IMG/VR virus record: IMGVR_UViG_3300025886_000069
Reading direction: 5' to 3' (one strand)
Length of the DNA stretch: 40,420 nt
From: a virus
The notes beneath the pieces are model-generated. The model searched no databases, was not told where the DNA came from, and saw only the letters and a list, made by a program, of their open reading frames with translations. Below are positions 15,165-23,855 of the stretch, one piece after another. The translations under genes and the position numbers were made by a program. Numbering within the stretch: the first letter of the stretch is position 1; every line of letters begins with the position of its first letter.

Positions 15165-15234
15165 CCGGGAGCTCCAAGACATTGGGGTTTCCCGTCTTGA
15201 AATTAACGAGGTACTCCGGAAGGGTCGCAAGTGA
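15070..15234 (+). CDS. DUF1127-type small arginine-rich protein, overprinted on the portal 3' end (54 aa, not in the ORF track)
   Basis: The +1 frame reads MNLRNQVSSLFKSWESRNRLNKDRSALMGMSDRELQDIGVSRLEINEVLRKGRK. W..R.R...L..SDRELQDIGVSR.EI matches the DUF1127 core (LsDreLaDIGLsR.dI). Its TGA overlaps the GTG of the next gene (GTGA). Confidence 0.55.
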   Translation: MNLRNQVSSLFKSWESRNRLNKDRSALMGMSDRELQDIGVSRLEINEVLRKGRK

Positions 15235-15959
15235 GTAGGTACGAGAGGGAGCAGTTTAAGGACAGTCCCCTGTCCATATCTCAGGGGCAGGTCTCAGGGC
15301 ATTCCATCACTTCTAAGTTTGGCTACAACTCGGCGGCTGATACAGTTAAACAGTCCGTCTGGTCAGCTGGTGGACTCTACCCTTGGTCTGCACTAGCTAC
15401 GGCTCAAACCATTTACCTAATTTCCACAAGTGCAGCTGACACCAGTTCGGTAGAAGTTCAGGGGCTGGACGAAAACTACGTCCTCCAGACTGAGACAGTG
15501 GCCCTCACAGGGCTTACAGCAGTCTCTACTACCAGCACCTTTCTCCGGGTCTTCCGGATGATCTACCAAGGCTCTACGGATAACGCCGGGGTAATTACGG
15601 CAAGGGTTACTTCTGGGGTTGGGACTGTAGTTGCCCAAATTGACGCAGCTTACAACCAGACCTTGATGGGTGTCTACACAGTACCAGCCGGACACACTGC
15701 TTACATCACAGCAGTTTCAGTCTCTGGCACTAAAGACCAAGCCCTTGAGTTCGAAGGTTGGCACAGACCAGAAGGACAGACCTTCCGGATTGCTCACAAA
15801 AGCATGGCGTCTAACTTCTACCGTTATGATTTTGTCCTACCTCTGGCTTTCCCTGAGAAGACGGACTTTGATACCCGAGTTATTTCCGGGGCTGCTAATA
15901 CGAAAGTCTCCGTAAACTTCGACATGATCCTCGTAGAGGACTACGCAAACAACCCATAA
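15231..15959 (+). CDS. Conserved phage protein, probable virion or head-associated beta-sandwich protein
   Basis: GTG start, 242 aa, located between the portal and the protease; function unknown. Confidence 0.45.
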   Translation: MSRYEREQFKDSPLSISQGQVSGHSITSKFGYNSAADTVKQSVWSAGGLYPWSALATAQTIYLISTSAADTSSVEVQGLDENYVLQTETVALTGLTAVSTTSTFLRVFRMIYQGSTDNAGVITARVTSGVGTVVAQIDAAYNQTLMGVYTVPAGHTAYITAVSVSGTKDQALEFEGWHRPEGQTFRIAHKSMASNFYRYDFVLPLAFPEKTDFDTRVISGAANTKVSVNFDMILVEDYANNP

Positions 15960-15970
15960 GGGAGACTTTT

Positions 15971-16483
15971 ATGTCCACGAATCGGGGTACTAACATGAAC
16001 CGGACAAAGTTTGACAGAGTGTTCAAGTCAGTCCTTGAACGGACTGGGGATACGGAACGGGCAAAGAACGCAGCCCTGTTTGCTTGCTCCAAAAAGGCCC
16101 CTGTAGAGGGAACCATTCTTAAGGCAGACGAAGAACAACGCCTAGTCTGGGGTTGGGCTTCTGTAGTCACAGAGAACGGAGTGCCTTTAGTAGACCGGCA
16201 AGGGGACGTCATATCGGCTGATACGATGGTCCTTGCAGCAAATAAGTTTATGGAGGATGTACGAGTAGGAAAGCTTATGCATTCCGGGGGTCAGATTGGC
16301 CTCGTAGTACACAGCCTCCCACTAACCAAAGAGATTGGGGACTCCCTTGGGGTTCACAGTGACCGTGAAGGATGGATCGTCGCATTTAAGGTGCAGGATG
16401 ATGAAGTCTGGGAATCGGTTAAGTCAGGCCAACTTAGGGCCTTTTCTATCGGCGGTACAGCCAAACGGGAGACCATCGAATGA
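15971..16483 (+). CDS. XkdF-like putative prohead serine protease
   Basis: EEQRLVWGWASVV...VDRQGDVISADTMVLAANKFM...HSG...GWIVAFKVQDDEVWESVKSGQLRAFSIGG matches the XkdF-type domain pattern. Confidence 0.65.
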   Translation: MSTNRGTNMNRTKFDRVFKSVLERTGDTERAKNAALFACSKKAPVEGTILKADEEQRLVWGWASVVTENGVPLVDRQGDVISADTMVLAANKFMEDVRVGKLMHSGGQIGLVVHSLPLTKEIGDSLGVHSDREGWIVAFKVQDDEVWESVKSGQLRAFSIGGTAKRETIE

Positions 16484-17388
16484 GCACACTACTGATGGAC
16501 TTGGAGTTGGAGGAACTATCTTTGGTAGATCGGCCAGCAAACCAAGCCGCCACAATTTGCCTTGTAAAGAGGGATTCACCAATGCAAGACCAATACCTAA
16601 AGGAACGGCAAGCTTTCTATATGGAAGAAGGCCACTCCGAGGAAGACGCCATTAAGATGGCGGAAGAAGAAATGTCTAAAATGCCCGAGGCACAGCAAGC
16701 AGAGCTGTTCGGGTCCGAGGAAGCTGAAAAGGAAGACGATGCAGAGAAAGCAGAGCATTCCGAGGAAGCAGACAAGGAAGATGACGAAGACGCAGAGAAG
16801 GAAGACGATGCAGAGAAGGAAGACGATGAAGCTGCTAAGGCTGAATCAGAGTTCCTCGCAGAGTTAGATGCATTGAAGGCCGAGAATGACCGTCTCTCTA
16901 AAGCTCTAGAAGACAACGGTTTCACGGTATCCGATGAAGCCATTACGAAGGCTGCTCCGGCACCTGAGTTTATTGAATTGGACGGAGAGAAGATTTCTAA
17001 GTCAGACATTCCTGCCCCCGTCCTTAAAGCACTCGAAGCAGTGGAGATTGAAAAGCAGCAAATTGAGCTACGTAAGCAAGCTGCGGAAATCCTCCCTAAC
17101 TTTGAAAACGAAGTTGCGGCCAACATCCTCAAGGCAGTTGCCAAGGATGACGCAATGTTAGAGGCCCTTAAGTCTGCGGACGCAGCTATTGGGGCTTCCA
17201 TGTCCGAGGTTGGCGAAGCCTCCGTTGAAGCTGACATGGCTTCTCCGAAGGACAAGCTTGACGTTCTAGTCAAAAACCACATGGACGAAAACGCCCTCCC
17301 GAAATCCTCTTTTGCCAAGGCTTACGCAGCTGTAGCTAAGACGGACGCAGGTAAGGCACTTATCAAAGAACTCTACAAAGGAGAGTAA
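16480..17388 (+). CDS. Scaffolding protein (acidic, coiled-coil)
   Basis: ATGA coupling to the protease. ELSLVDRPANQ motif, then long E/D/K/A-rich helical repeats (EKEDDAEKAEHSEEADKEDDEDAEKEDD...). Sits before the capsid genes. Confidence 0.65.
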   Translation: MSTLLMDLELEELSLVDRPANQAATICLVKRDSPMQDQYLKERQAFYMEEGHSEEDAIKMAEEEMSKMPEAQQAELFGSEEAEKEDDAEKAEHSEEADKEDDEDAEKEDDAEKEDDEAAKAESEFLAELDALKAENDRLSKALEDNGFTVSDEAITKAAPAPEFIELDGEKISKSDIPAPVLKALEAVEIEKQQIELRKQAAEILPNFENEVAANILKAVAKDDAMLEALKSADAAIGASMSEVGEASVEADMASPKDKLDVLVKNHMDENALPKSSFAKAYAAVAKTDAGKALIKELYKGE

Positions 17389-17391
17389 AAG

Positions 17392-17757
17392 ATGGCTACT
17401 ATGCATGGCCGTGATTACCGTACTTACGAAGCTGGTTCCTCAGTTTCGCAACATCGTTTCGTAGATTTGGCCGCAGATGGTCAAGTCGATCAATCCGCAG
17501 ATGGTGCCAAAGCCGTTGGCGTTTCCATTACCTCTGGTGCTACTGCTGGTGAAGCTATTACCGTAGCTCGTTCCGGTCAGGTTCTGGTTTACGTTGGCGA
17601 AGCTCTTACCGCAGGTGATGCTGTCGCAGCTACCACCGACGGCAAAGCAGCTACCGCCACAGCCGGTGAAATTATCGTTGGTTACGCAGTCGAAGACGCA
17701 GCAGTTGACACCTTGGGTGCTGTTGAAATCTTCCTCGGCGGCAACGCAGCAGCATAA
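17392..17757 (+). CDS. DUF2190-family head decoration / cement-like protein
   Basis: 121 aa, Ala/Gly/Val-rich beta protein (…GEAITVARSGQVLVYVGEALTAGDAV…), immediately upstream of the major capsid gene. Confidence 0.6.
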   Translation: MATMHGRDYRTYEAGSSVSQHRFVDLAADGQVDQSADGAKAVGVSITSGATAGEAITVARSGQVLVYVGEALTAGDAVAATTDGKAATATAGEIIVGYAVEDAAVDTLGAVEIFLGGNAAA

Positions 17758-17773
17758 TAGGAGAATATAACCA

Positions 17774-18775
17774 ATGCCTTTGCTGACCCCATCTAGTGTG
17801 CATATTGATGCACCACTGTCCAATCTGACACTTGCTTATGCACAGTCTCAGGATAACTTCATCGCAGACAAAGTTTTCCCTACCGTTGGCGTAGATAAGC
17901 AGTCTGACTACTACTACACCTATGACCGTGACAACATGAACCGTTCCGGTGATGTTAAGAAGCTGTCCCCACGTACCGAAGTAGAACGTATCGGTATGTC
18001 GATTTCCAATACTACCTTCACCGCAGACGTCTACGGCTTGGGTATGGACTTCGATGAGCAGACTTTGGCTAACGAAGACGCAGCACTTGACATTCGTTCA
18101 GCTGGTGCTCAGACCCTCGTTAACCGTCTCCTAATTCACCGTGAGAAGCAGTTTGCAAGTAACTTCTTTGCAGACGTTTGGACCTCCAAGCTGACCGGTG
18201 TTTCTGCTACTCCATCCACCAACGAAGTTCTACAGTGGAACGATGCTTCCTCTACTCCTATTCAGGACGTGACGACTGCTTCCCGTACCATTCAGCTGGT
18301 TTCCGGTGGCTTCCGTCCGAACACGATGGTAGTAGGCCGTGAAGTTTACGACGAACTGGTGAACAACCCTGCTGTTCTGGCTCGTTTGAATGGTGGTGCT
18401 ACGGTTAGCAACACTGCTCTCGTAACGAAAGCCAAGCTTGCAGAAATCTTTGAAGTAGAAAACTTCTACGTCATGGAAGCTGTAGAGAACACTGCTGCGG
18501 ACGGTGCTGCTGAGAGTAACTCTTTCATCGGTGGTAAAGCTGCACTGCTTACCTACACACCTTCTACAGCTGGTCTCATGACCCCCGCAGCTGGTTTGAC
18601 CTTTGCTTGGAACAACATGCCGGGTGTAAACAACCTTGGCATTACTGTTGAGTCCTTCTCTGATGAGGCTCTCCGTCGTCAGCAGATTGCTGAGATGATC
18701 CAAGTTAAGATGGCTTACGACATGAAGGTTGTCGGTGGCGATTTGGGTCTCTACTTCGCAAGCATCGTAGCATAA
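17774..18775 (+). CDS. Major capsid protein (HK97-fold)
   Basis: 333 aa. GGAG SD. N-terminal ...FIADKVFPTVGVDKQSDYYYTYDRDN pattern. Codon usage typical of a highly expressed gene. Follows scaffold and DUF2190. Confidence 0.8.
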   Translation: MPLLTPSSVHIDAPLSNLTLAYAQSQDNFIADKVFPTVGVDKQSDYYYTYDRDNMNRSGDVKKLSPRTEVERIGMSISNTTFTADVYGLGMDFDEQTLANEDAALDIRSAGAQTLVNRLLIHREKQFASNFFADVWTSKLTGVSATPSTNEVLQWNDASSTPIQDVTTASRTIQLVSGGFRPNTMVVGREVYDELVNNPAVLARLNGGATVSNTALVTKAKLAEIFEVENFYVMEAVENTAADGAAESNSFIGGKAALLTYTPSTAGLMTPAAGLTFAWNNMPGVNNLGITVESFSDEALRRQQIAEMIQVKMAYDMKVVGGDLGLYFASIVA

Positions 18776-18786
18776 GGCTTTTTGCC

Positions 18787-19194
18787 ATGTCACCCGACTA
18801 CGCAACTTTGCCGTTTCAGGTAGATTGGGATCACTTTGTCGTGGTCCCTTTCACTGCTTCCGGGAAACGATGGGAACGGGGGGAACACTTTGACTGGAAA
18901 CGTCGGAGTATCCCTTGGACCCTCGTTGCCCAGAAGTTCAACCGTGGCGAACTCAATCAAAAGCCTCCGAAAGAAGGGGCTATTCAAACAACCGTTGGGG
19001 ATGGTTTAGATGAGCTCACAGTGGATGAACTCCACCTCGTAGTGAAGGCCATCAATTCCAAGGTTAAGCTCCACACAAAGACGGCCAAAGAATACGGCCT
19101 TAAAAAGTGCAAGTCCTCTACTATCCTAGAGAAGCAGAGAGGACACATTCGACGTTGGAGAAACAGCCCTTGGGCTACTATGGAGTTAAGCTAA
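18787..19194 (+). CDS. Hypothetical protein with a possible HeH/Rho-N-like motif
   Basis: 135 aa; DELTVDELHLVVKAIN segment. Confidence 0.4.
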   Translation: MSPDYATLPFQVDWDHFVVVPFTASGKRWERGEHFDWKRRSIPWTLVAQKFNRGELNQKPPKEGAIQTTVGDGLDELTVDELHLVVKAINSKVKLHTKTAKEYGLKKCKSSTILEKQRGHIRRWRNSPWATMELS

Positions 19195-19653
19195 GTGTCA
19201 GATTTTACCTACGACATTGACGACCTCGGGACCACCACTGCGTCCGGACGAAAGAACGCAGTCCGTTTCCTCGTAGGTGATACCGATGAAGCAGACATTC
19301 AAGTTTATGATGATGAGATCACTTTTGCTCTCTCTCAGAACTCTGATAACATCCACTACACCTCTGCTTACATTTGCCGTGCTATTGCGAGTAAGTTCAG
19401 CCGTAGAGTGGACACCAACATTTCTGGTGCCTTGGATGCTAAATACTCCATGCTCCAAACCCACTACCTGTCTCTCGCAGACACACTTGAGGCCGAGGCC
19501 AAGAAACAGTCCGGCTTGGGTTTCTCAGCCGGTGGTGTCAGTAAGTCCTCCATCACAACGGTTCGACAACTGACTGACCGGGTAGACCCTGCCTTTAGCC
19601 GGGACCAGTTCTGGAACCCTCCGGGCTATGACGGCTCCACCGACTACGAGTAG
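19195..19653 (+). CDS. Head-tail adaptor / head completion protein (putative)
   Basis: GTG start right after the upstream stop. Position and VRFLVGDTDEADIQVYDDEITFAL... pattern. Confidence 0.4.
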   Translation: MSDFTYDIDDLGTTTASGRKNAVRFLVGDTDEADIQVYDDEITFALSQNSDNIHYTSAYICRAIASKFSRRVDTNISGALDAKYSMLQTHYLSLADTLEAEAKKQSGLGFSAGGVSKSSITTVRQLTDRVDPAFSRDQFWNPPGYDGSTDYE

Positions 19654-19661
19654 GAACCGTT

Positions 19662-20006
19662 ATGATTAATTCAGCAGACTTCTCCCGTCTGATTGCCCAC
19701 CACGGGCAAACCTTGACCCTAACGAAAGTCACCACTTCGGGGACTTACTCCCCGTCCACAGGTACGGTGACAGGGTCAGCAAGCACAGCCTACCGGTTTA
19801 CCGGTTTCGTTTATAACACTGTGGGCTCTTCCACAGACGCCTCTAAGACCTTGAAGACTTCCCAGTCCCTCGTAATGTCTGCCCTCAACTTGGGCTTCAC
19901 ACCAGAGGAAGGGGACTCCGTAACAGGGCAAGGCGAAATCATTAGTGTGAAAACCGTCAACACCGGCGGAACTTCTATTGTTTACCTTTGTGAGTTGGAC
20001 GGCTAA
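19662..20006 (+). CDS. Head closure / head-tail joining protein (putative)
   Basis: 114 aa; position; ...EEGDSVTGQGEIISVKTVNTGGTSIVYLCEL ending is typical of this class. Confidence 0.45.
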   Translation: MINSADFSRLIAHHGQTLTLTKVTTSGTYSPSTGTVTGSASTAYRFTGFVYNTVGSSTDASKTLKTSQSLVMSALNLGFTPEEGDSVTGQGEIISVKTVNTGGTSIVYLCELDG

Positions 20007-20425
20007 TGACTACGAGCACACGGGTAGAAATCTCAGCTAGTCTCCAAGAGAAAATCGACTCTCTGGGAGATATGGCCGAGGAAGGTGTGGCCCGTTCCTT
20101 GTACGAAGTCTCACAGACTTTGACTAGCTCTTCTCCGGTAGATACCGGGGCCTTTGTTACGTCTTGGTCATTGTCAGACAAGCCCTTATCTCGTAGGTCC
20201 TACAGTTCCCACGGGAAGTCTCCAGCCGTCTCCCAGAACTCGGAAAAGAACCGGGCCTTGGGGGAGCTTATTGAAGACATTAAGGGGCTCCGGAAACGGT
20301 GGACGTTTAAGAAGGGTGTTGAGGTTTCAGCAGGAACTTTCTACTTCGTGAACGGAGCACCCCACGCAGCACAGGTCAATAAGAACTCAGCAGTTATAGC
20401 TAAGGCTCGGAGGAAACATGGCTAG
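20006..20425 (+). CDS. HK97 gp10-like tail completion protein
   Basis: TAATG coupling; SPVDTGAFVTSW and YFVNGAPHAAQV motifs. Confidence 0.55.
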   Translation: MTTSTRVEISASLQEKIDSLGDMAEEGVARSLYEVSQTLTSSSPVDTGAFVTSWSLSDKPLSRRSYSSHGKSPAVSQNSEKNRALGELIEDIKGLRKRWTFKKGVEVSAGTFYFVNGAPHAAQVNKNSAVIAKARRKHG

Positions 20426-20840
20426 TATTTACAAAGACATTCGGGCAGCATTCGAAACAGAACTATCCGGGACCTCTGGCATTCCAGACATATCTTACGA
20501 AAACTTAAAGTATTCTCGTTCCGCAGGGACACAGTTCGTTGAAGCTCAACTAATCCCCACCGAACGTAAGCCAGCTGTACGGGGGACAAACCCCCAGTAC
20601 CGTTACGAGGGAATATTCCGGGTTATCTGTTACTCCCCAGAGGGAGAGGGACCCGGTGCAGCTGACACCCTTGCGGACTTGGTACTAGACGCATTCCCGT
20701 CTGCTACGGACATTTCCTACACCAACACAGACCCCACCACCTACAAGGTCTCTCTGGACTACTCAGAGAGGGAAGCCGGAGGGATTGAGGGGTCCTTTTA
20801 TTACGTACCCGTGAACATTGGGTTTTACATCTACAACTAA
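20418..20840 (+). CDS. Tail terminator (DUF4128-like)
   Basis: 140 aa, directly upstream of the tail tube gene. ...FVEAQLIPTERKPAVRG...YRYEGIFRVICYSP... pattern. Confidence 0.5.
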   Translation: MASIYKDIRAAFETELSGTSGIPDISYENLKYSRSAGTQFVEAQLIPTERKPAVRGTNPQYRYEGIFRVICYSPEGEGPGAADTLADLVLDAFPSATDISYTNTDPTTYKVSLDYSEREAGGIEGSFYYVPVNIGFYIYN

Positions 20841-20852
20841 GGACAAGAGAAG

Positions 20853-21773
20853 ATGGCTTTTGCACAGGGTTCCCGTTCGGGGCTTTCCTACCTTACCGAA
20901 ACAACTTTCGGCACTACTCCGGCTGGCTCTTTTGCAAGCCTCCCGTACAACTCCCACAGCCTGAACCTGTCCAAGGACCGTGTCTCTGGGAACGAAATGC
21001 AGCCTGATCGTATGGACCGGGTGGACCGTCACGGTAACCGTTCTACTGCGGGTTCTATTGCAGTGGACCTCCGTAATGGCACTTTTGACCCACTTATTGA
21101 ATCGGCAATGTTGTCTTCGTTCTCCACGAACATTTGCAAGGTTGGGACCACTCCCAAGTTCTTCTCAATCGAAGACCACGCAGACGACATTACGCAGTCC
21201 CGGATTTTTACCGGTATGACTGCCTCCACGATGGGCATTTCCATTGCGCCTAACCAGATGGTGACTGCAAGCTTTGACATGGTCGGGAAAGACATGACCA
21301 TCACGGGGACACCTAAGACAGTAACAGCCGCAACTATCGCAGAGCCTTTTGACGCCTACTCCGGTGACATCAAGGTCGCAGACGATGGCGTTACGGCTAT
21401 TGATGCTTCCTCTGCGTTGGCTATCATTACCAGTGTAGACTTTTCCGTAAGCAACTCTTTTGCCCCTACTTTTGTAGTCGGTGATGATTCAGCCCCTGCC
21501 CTTGAGTTCGGTAAGGCAGTTGTAGAAGGCACACTCACAGCCTACTTTGAAGACGCAACCCTAATTAACCGTTTCATCAACGAGACGGAAAGTGGTATTG
21601 AAGTTTCTGTGGCAGACCCTTCCGGTAACAGCATGACGTTCCTTTTCCCTCGGGTTAAGATCAACGGTGCAAACGTACCGGTTTCCTCAGAGTCTTCCCG
21701 TATTATCTCCCTCCCGTTCGTAGCCCTTTACGATGCTACAGAAGGGACCAACCTTACAATTACCACCGCATAG
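20853..21773 (+). CDS. Major tail tube protein
   Basis: 306 aa, between the terminator protein and the chaperone/tape measure; followed by a hairpin. Confidence 0.65.
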   Translation: MAFAQGSRSGLSYLTETTFGTTPAGSFASLPYNSHSLNLSKDRVSGNEMQPDRMDRVDRHGNRSTAGSIAVDLRNGTFDPLIESAMLSSFSTNICKVGTTPKFFSIEDHADDITQSRIFTGMTASTMGISIAPNQMVTASFDMVGKDMTITGTPKTVTAATIAEPFDAYSGDIKVADDGVTAIDASSALAIITSVDFSVSNSFAPTFVVGDDSAPALEFGKAVVEGTLTAYFEDATLINRFINETESGIEVSVADPSGNSMTFLFPRVKINGANVPVSSESSRIISLPFVALYDATEGTNLTITTA

Positions 21774-21790
21774 AATCCGGCAAGCCGGTA

Positions 21791-21830
21791 GGAGGGGGTG
21801 AACTTGTCGGGTGGTTCCCCTCTCCGTTTT
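21791..21830 (+). terminator. Weak hairpin terminator or attenuator after the tail tube gene
   Basis: GGAGGGGG ... CCCC(T)CTCC stem, 18-nt loop, then GTTTT. Confidence 0.3.
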
Positions 21831-21863
21831 AACATCTGTACCCGATAACTAAGGACACTCGAC

Positions 21864-22268
21864 ATGGACTTGAAAGACTTGGCTCCGAAAGCCGATACTC
21901 TAGAGGTTATTCTTAAGCATCCCCTGACTGGGGAAGCTCTTATGAATGACGGAAGAGACGAAGAAATGACCGTCACTATTTGGCTCCCACACACCAAGGC
22001 ATACAAAAAGGCCCTGTACGAGCTGACAGACTCAAACTTAAAGCTTGCTGAACAGGACCCGGAGAAGGTTCGTAAAGCTTCCTACCTAGCCAATGCCTCC
22101 CTAGAGCTTGTCTCGAAGGTGACTAAAGAATGGGACATAACCTTGGACGGAGGTTGCCCCAAGTTTGCTCTGGCAAAGGTCAAGGAAGTTTATGAGAACT
22201 ACCCTTGGATTAAAAAGCAAGTAGAGAAGGCGGTCGAAGACCACCAAAATTTTATCACAACCTCTTAG
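21864..22268 (+). CDS. Tail assembly chaperone (gpG analogue)
   Basis: 134 aa, acidic, immediately upstream of the tape measure gene. Confidence 0.6.
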   Translation: MDLKDLAPKADTLEVILKHPLTGEALMNDGRDEEMTVTIWLPHTKAYKKALYELTDSNLKLAEQDPEKVRKASYLANASLELVSKVTKEWDITLDGGCPKFALAKVKEVYENYPWIKKQVEKAVEDHQNFITTS

Positions 22269-22606
22269 GGGAACTAGTTTCCTTCGCAGATTGGTATTTC
22301 GATATACACGCCGAGGTTAGTGGCACTTCAAAACTAGAGCATCTGAGACAAGTACAGAGGCAGACCGGACGTACTCCAAAGGGACTATTAGGACCAAAGT
22401 TTCCTAGTCTACTAGGTCACGTCTGGTCTGCCTTTCTTAGTTTGAGCATGGGCCGGACGTACACAAGCAGTGGTCCAAGCCCCCTCTCTTACGGGGAGAT
22501 ATTGGCTTGGAAGCACCTTACAGAGGCCACAATTTCTGCAAGGGACATAGATTCCCTTAAGAGGTTAGACAACATGTTCATAAGGAAAGTACATGGCGGA
22601 CATTAA
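21864..22606 (+). CDS. Frameshift-extended tail assembly chaperone (gpGT analogue)
   Basis: The -1 frame after 22253 reads YHNLLGELVSFADWYFDIHAEVSGTSKLEHLRQVQRQTGRTPKGLLGPKFPSLLGHVWSAFLSLSMGRT...DIDSLKRLDNMFIRKVHGGH. It has no start codon of its own and ends 14 nt inside the tape measure gene. Confidence 0.55.
22247..22253 (+). promoter_or_regulatory. Slippery heptamer A_AAT_TTT for -1 ribosomal frameshifting
   Basis: X_XXY_YYZ pattern in the zero frame (CAA AAT TTT). The -1 frame is open from 22214 to 22606. An alternative shifty site, AAA AAG, lies at 22212-22217. Confidence 0.5.
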
Positions 22607-23855
22607 ATTTGTCATCGATGTAGATGACGACGGTAAGATTAAGAAGGCCACAGAGAGCATTGAAGGACTCGGGAGCTCTGCTGAAAAGACTGGAGGTTCT
22701 GCCTTTGACTTGGGCTCTACTTTCTCTCCCAGTGGTGACCTGACAAAGAACACCTTTAGCTTCGGGGAGGCAAGTGACGAAGTTACCGGGTCTCTGGGAA
22801 TGATGTTCGAACAGATGGCCGGAGGTACTCCGCCGATGGACTCCTTTCGGGACATGGTTTCCGGACTTGGCGGTGTCCTTGGTCCCGTTGGAGCTATTGC
22901 CGTTCCCGCCATGATTGCCGGATTGGTAGCCCTTGCACCAATGATTCTTGAGAATACCAACCTTTTCGAAAGTTTTGGGAAGTCTGTGGAAAAGGCAGGG
23001 GAATCTATGGACGGTGCAGTCACCTCCCTTGCGTCTTGGCAGGGAGCTATTGACGACGGGCTTGGTCCAGAGATTAGCAACTTTGCAAAAACTGTCCTCA
23101 AGCAAGACCTTATAGAATCCTCAGAGGAAGCCAACAAGGTAATGACCAAGCTGGCCAAGAACTTTGACAACACTTTCCGGCTTATGAAAAAGGCCGGTAG
23201 ACACACCTACGGTGACGCCGAAGAAATCAAACGTATGACCGCCCTAGAGGAAGCTTCCTTGCGGATTCAGGAACTGGGGGAGCTAGACACCTCCAACGCA
23301 CGGGAGCTTAAGAGCACACTTGAAGTTGTGACCTTTATCCTCGAAGAACAAATGTCCGGTGCTCTGGAAATGAACGGGGACAAGATGGAGAAGCTCATAG
23401 ACTTCGGAGAGAAGCTTCGGGACATGATTGAACAAATCGGCGATGGTCAAGAGGTATTAGACTCTGCCCTCAACGACTCTCTGAGAACAGCCCAACAGAT
23501 TGGGACTGTATCCGGAGGCTCTGCCACAGTACAAGCCTACGCAAACGGTGGTGTCGTAAACCGGGCAACTTCCTTCACCAAAACAGACGGCTCCCTTGGG
23601 GTCATGGGTGAAGCAGGTCCGGAGGCTATCTTGCCCCTCAAACGGGGGTCAGATGGTAAGCTAGGGGTTGCTATGGACGGTGGCTCCTCCTCCGGTGGTG
23701 TAGTGATAAACCAGACGTTTAGCTTCTCTGCCAACGGTGATGACTCCGTTAAGAAGATAATTGCACAGGAAGCCCCACGCATTGCCAAAATGACGGAGCA
23801 GAGTATTATTAACAGCCGTCAAAGAGGCGGAAGCATCCGGAAGGTCTTTGGATAA
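22593..23855 (+). CDS. Tail tape measure protein (short, 420 aa)
   Basis: Helical Ala/Gly/Glu-rich sequence. C-terminal motif YANGGVVNRATSF....GVMGEAGPEAILPLKRGSDGKLGV is typical of tape measure proteins. Confidence 0.8.
   Translation: MADIKFVIDVDDDGKIKKATESIEGLGSSAEKTGGSAFDLGSTFSPSGDLTKNTFSFGEASDEVTGSLGMMFEQMAGGTPPMDSFRDMVSGLGGVLGPVGAIAVPAMIAGLVALAPMILENTNLFESFGKSVEKAGESMDGAVTSLASWQGAIDDGLGPEISNFAKTVLKQDLIESSEEANKVMTKLAKNFDNTFRLMKKAGRHTYGDAEEIKRMTALEEASLRIQELGELDTSNARELKSTLEVVTFILEEQMSGALEMNGDKMEKLIDFGEKLRDMIEQIGDGQEVLDSALNDSLRTAQQIGTVSGGSATVQAYANGGVVNRATSFTKTDGSLGVMGEAGPEAILPLKRGSDGKLGVAMDGGSSSGGVVINQTFSFSANGDDSVKKIIAQEAPRIAKMTEQSIINSRQRGGSIRKVFG

Noticed and set aside
16617-17318. Long minus-strand ORFs, including 16617..17318, 22565..23206, 25986..26477 and 18230..18805
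   Set aside because: All lie antisense to strongly supported + strand structural genes. They have Ser/Ala/Arg-rich shadow-frame composition and no SD or coupling.
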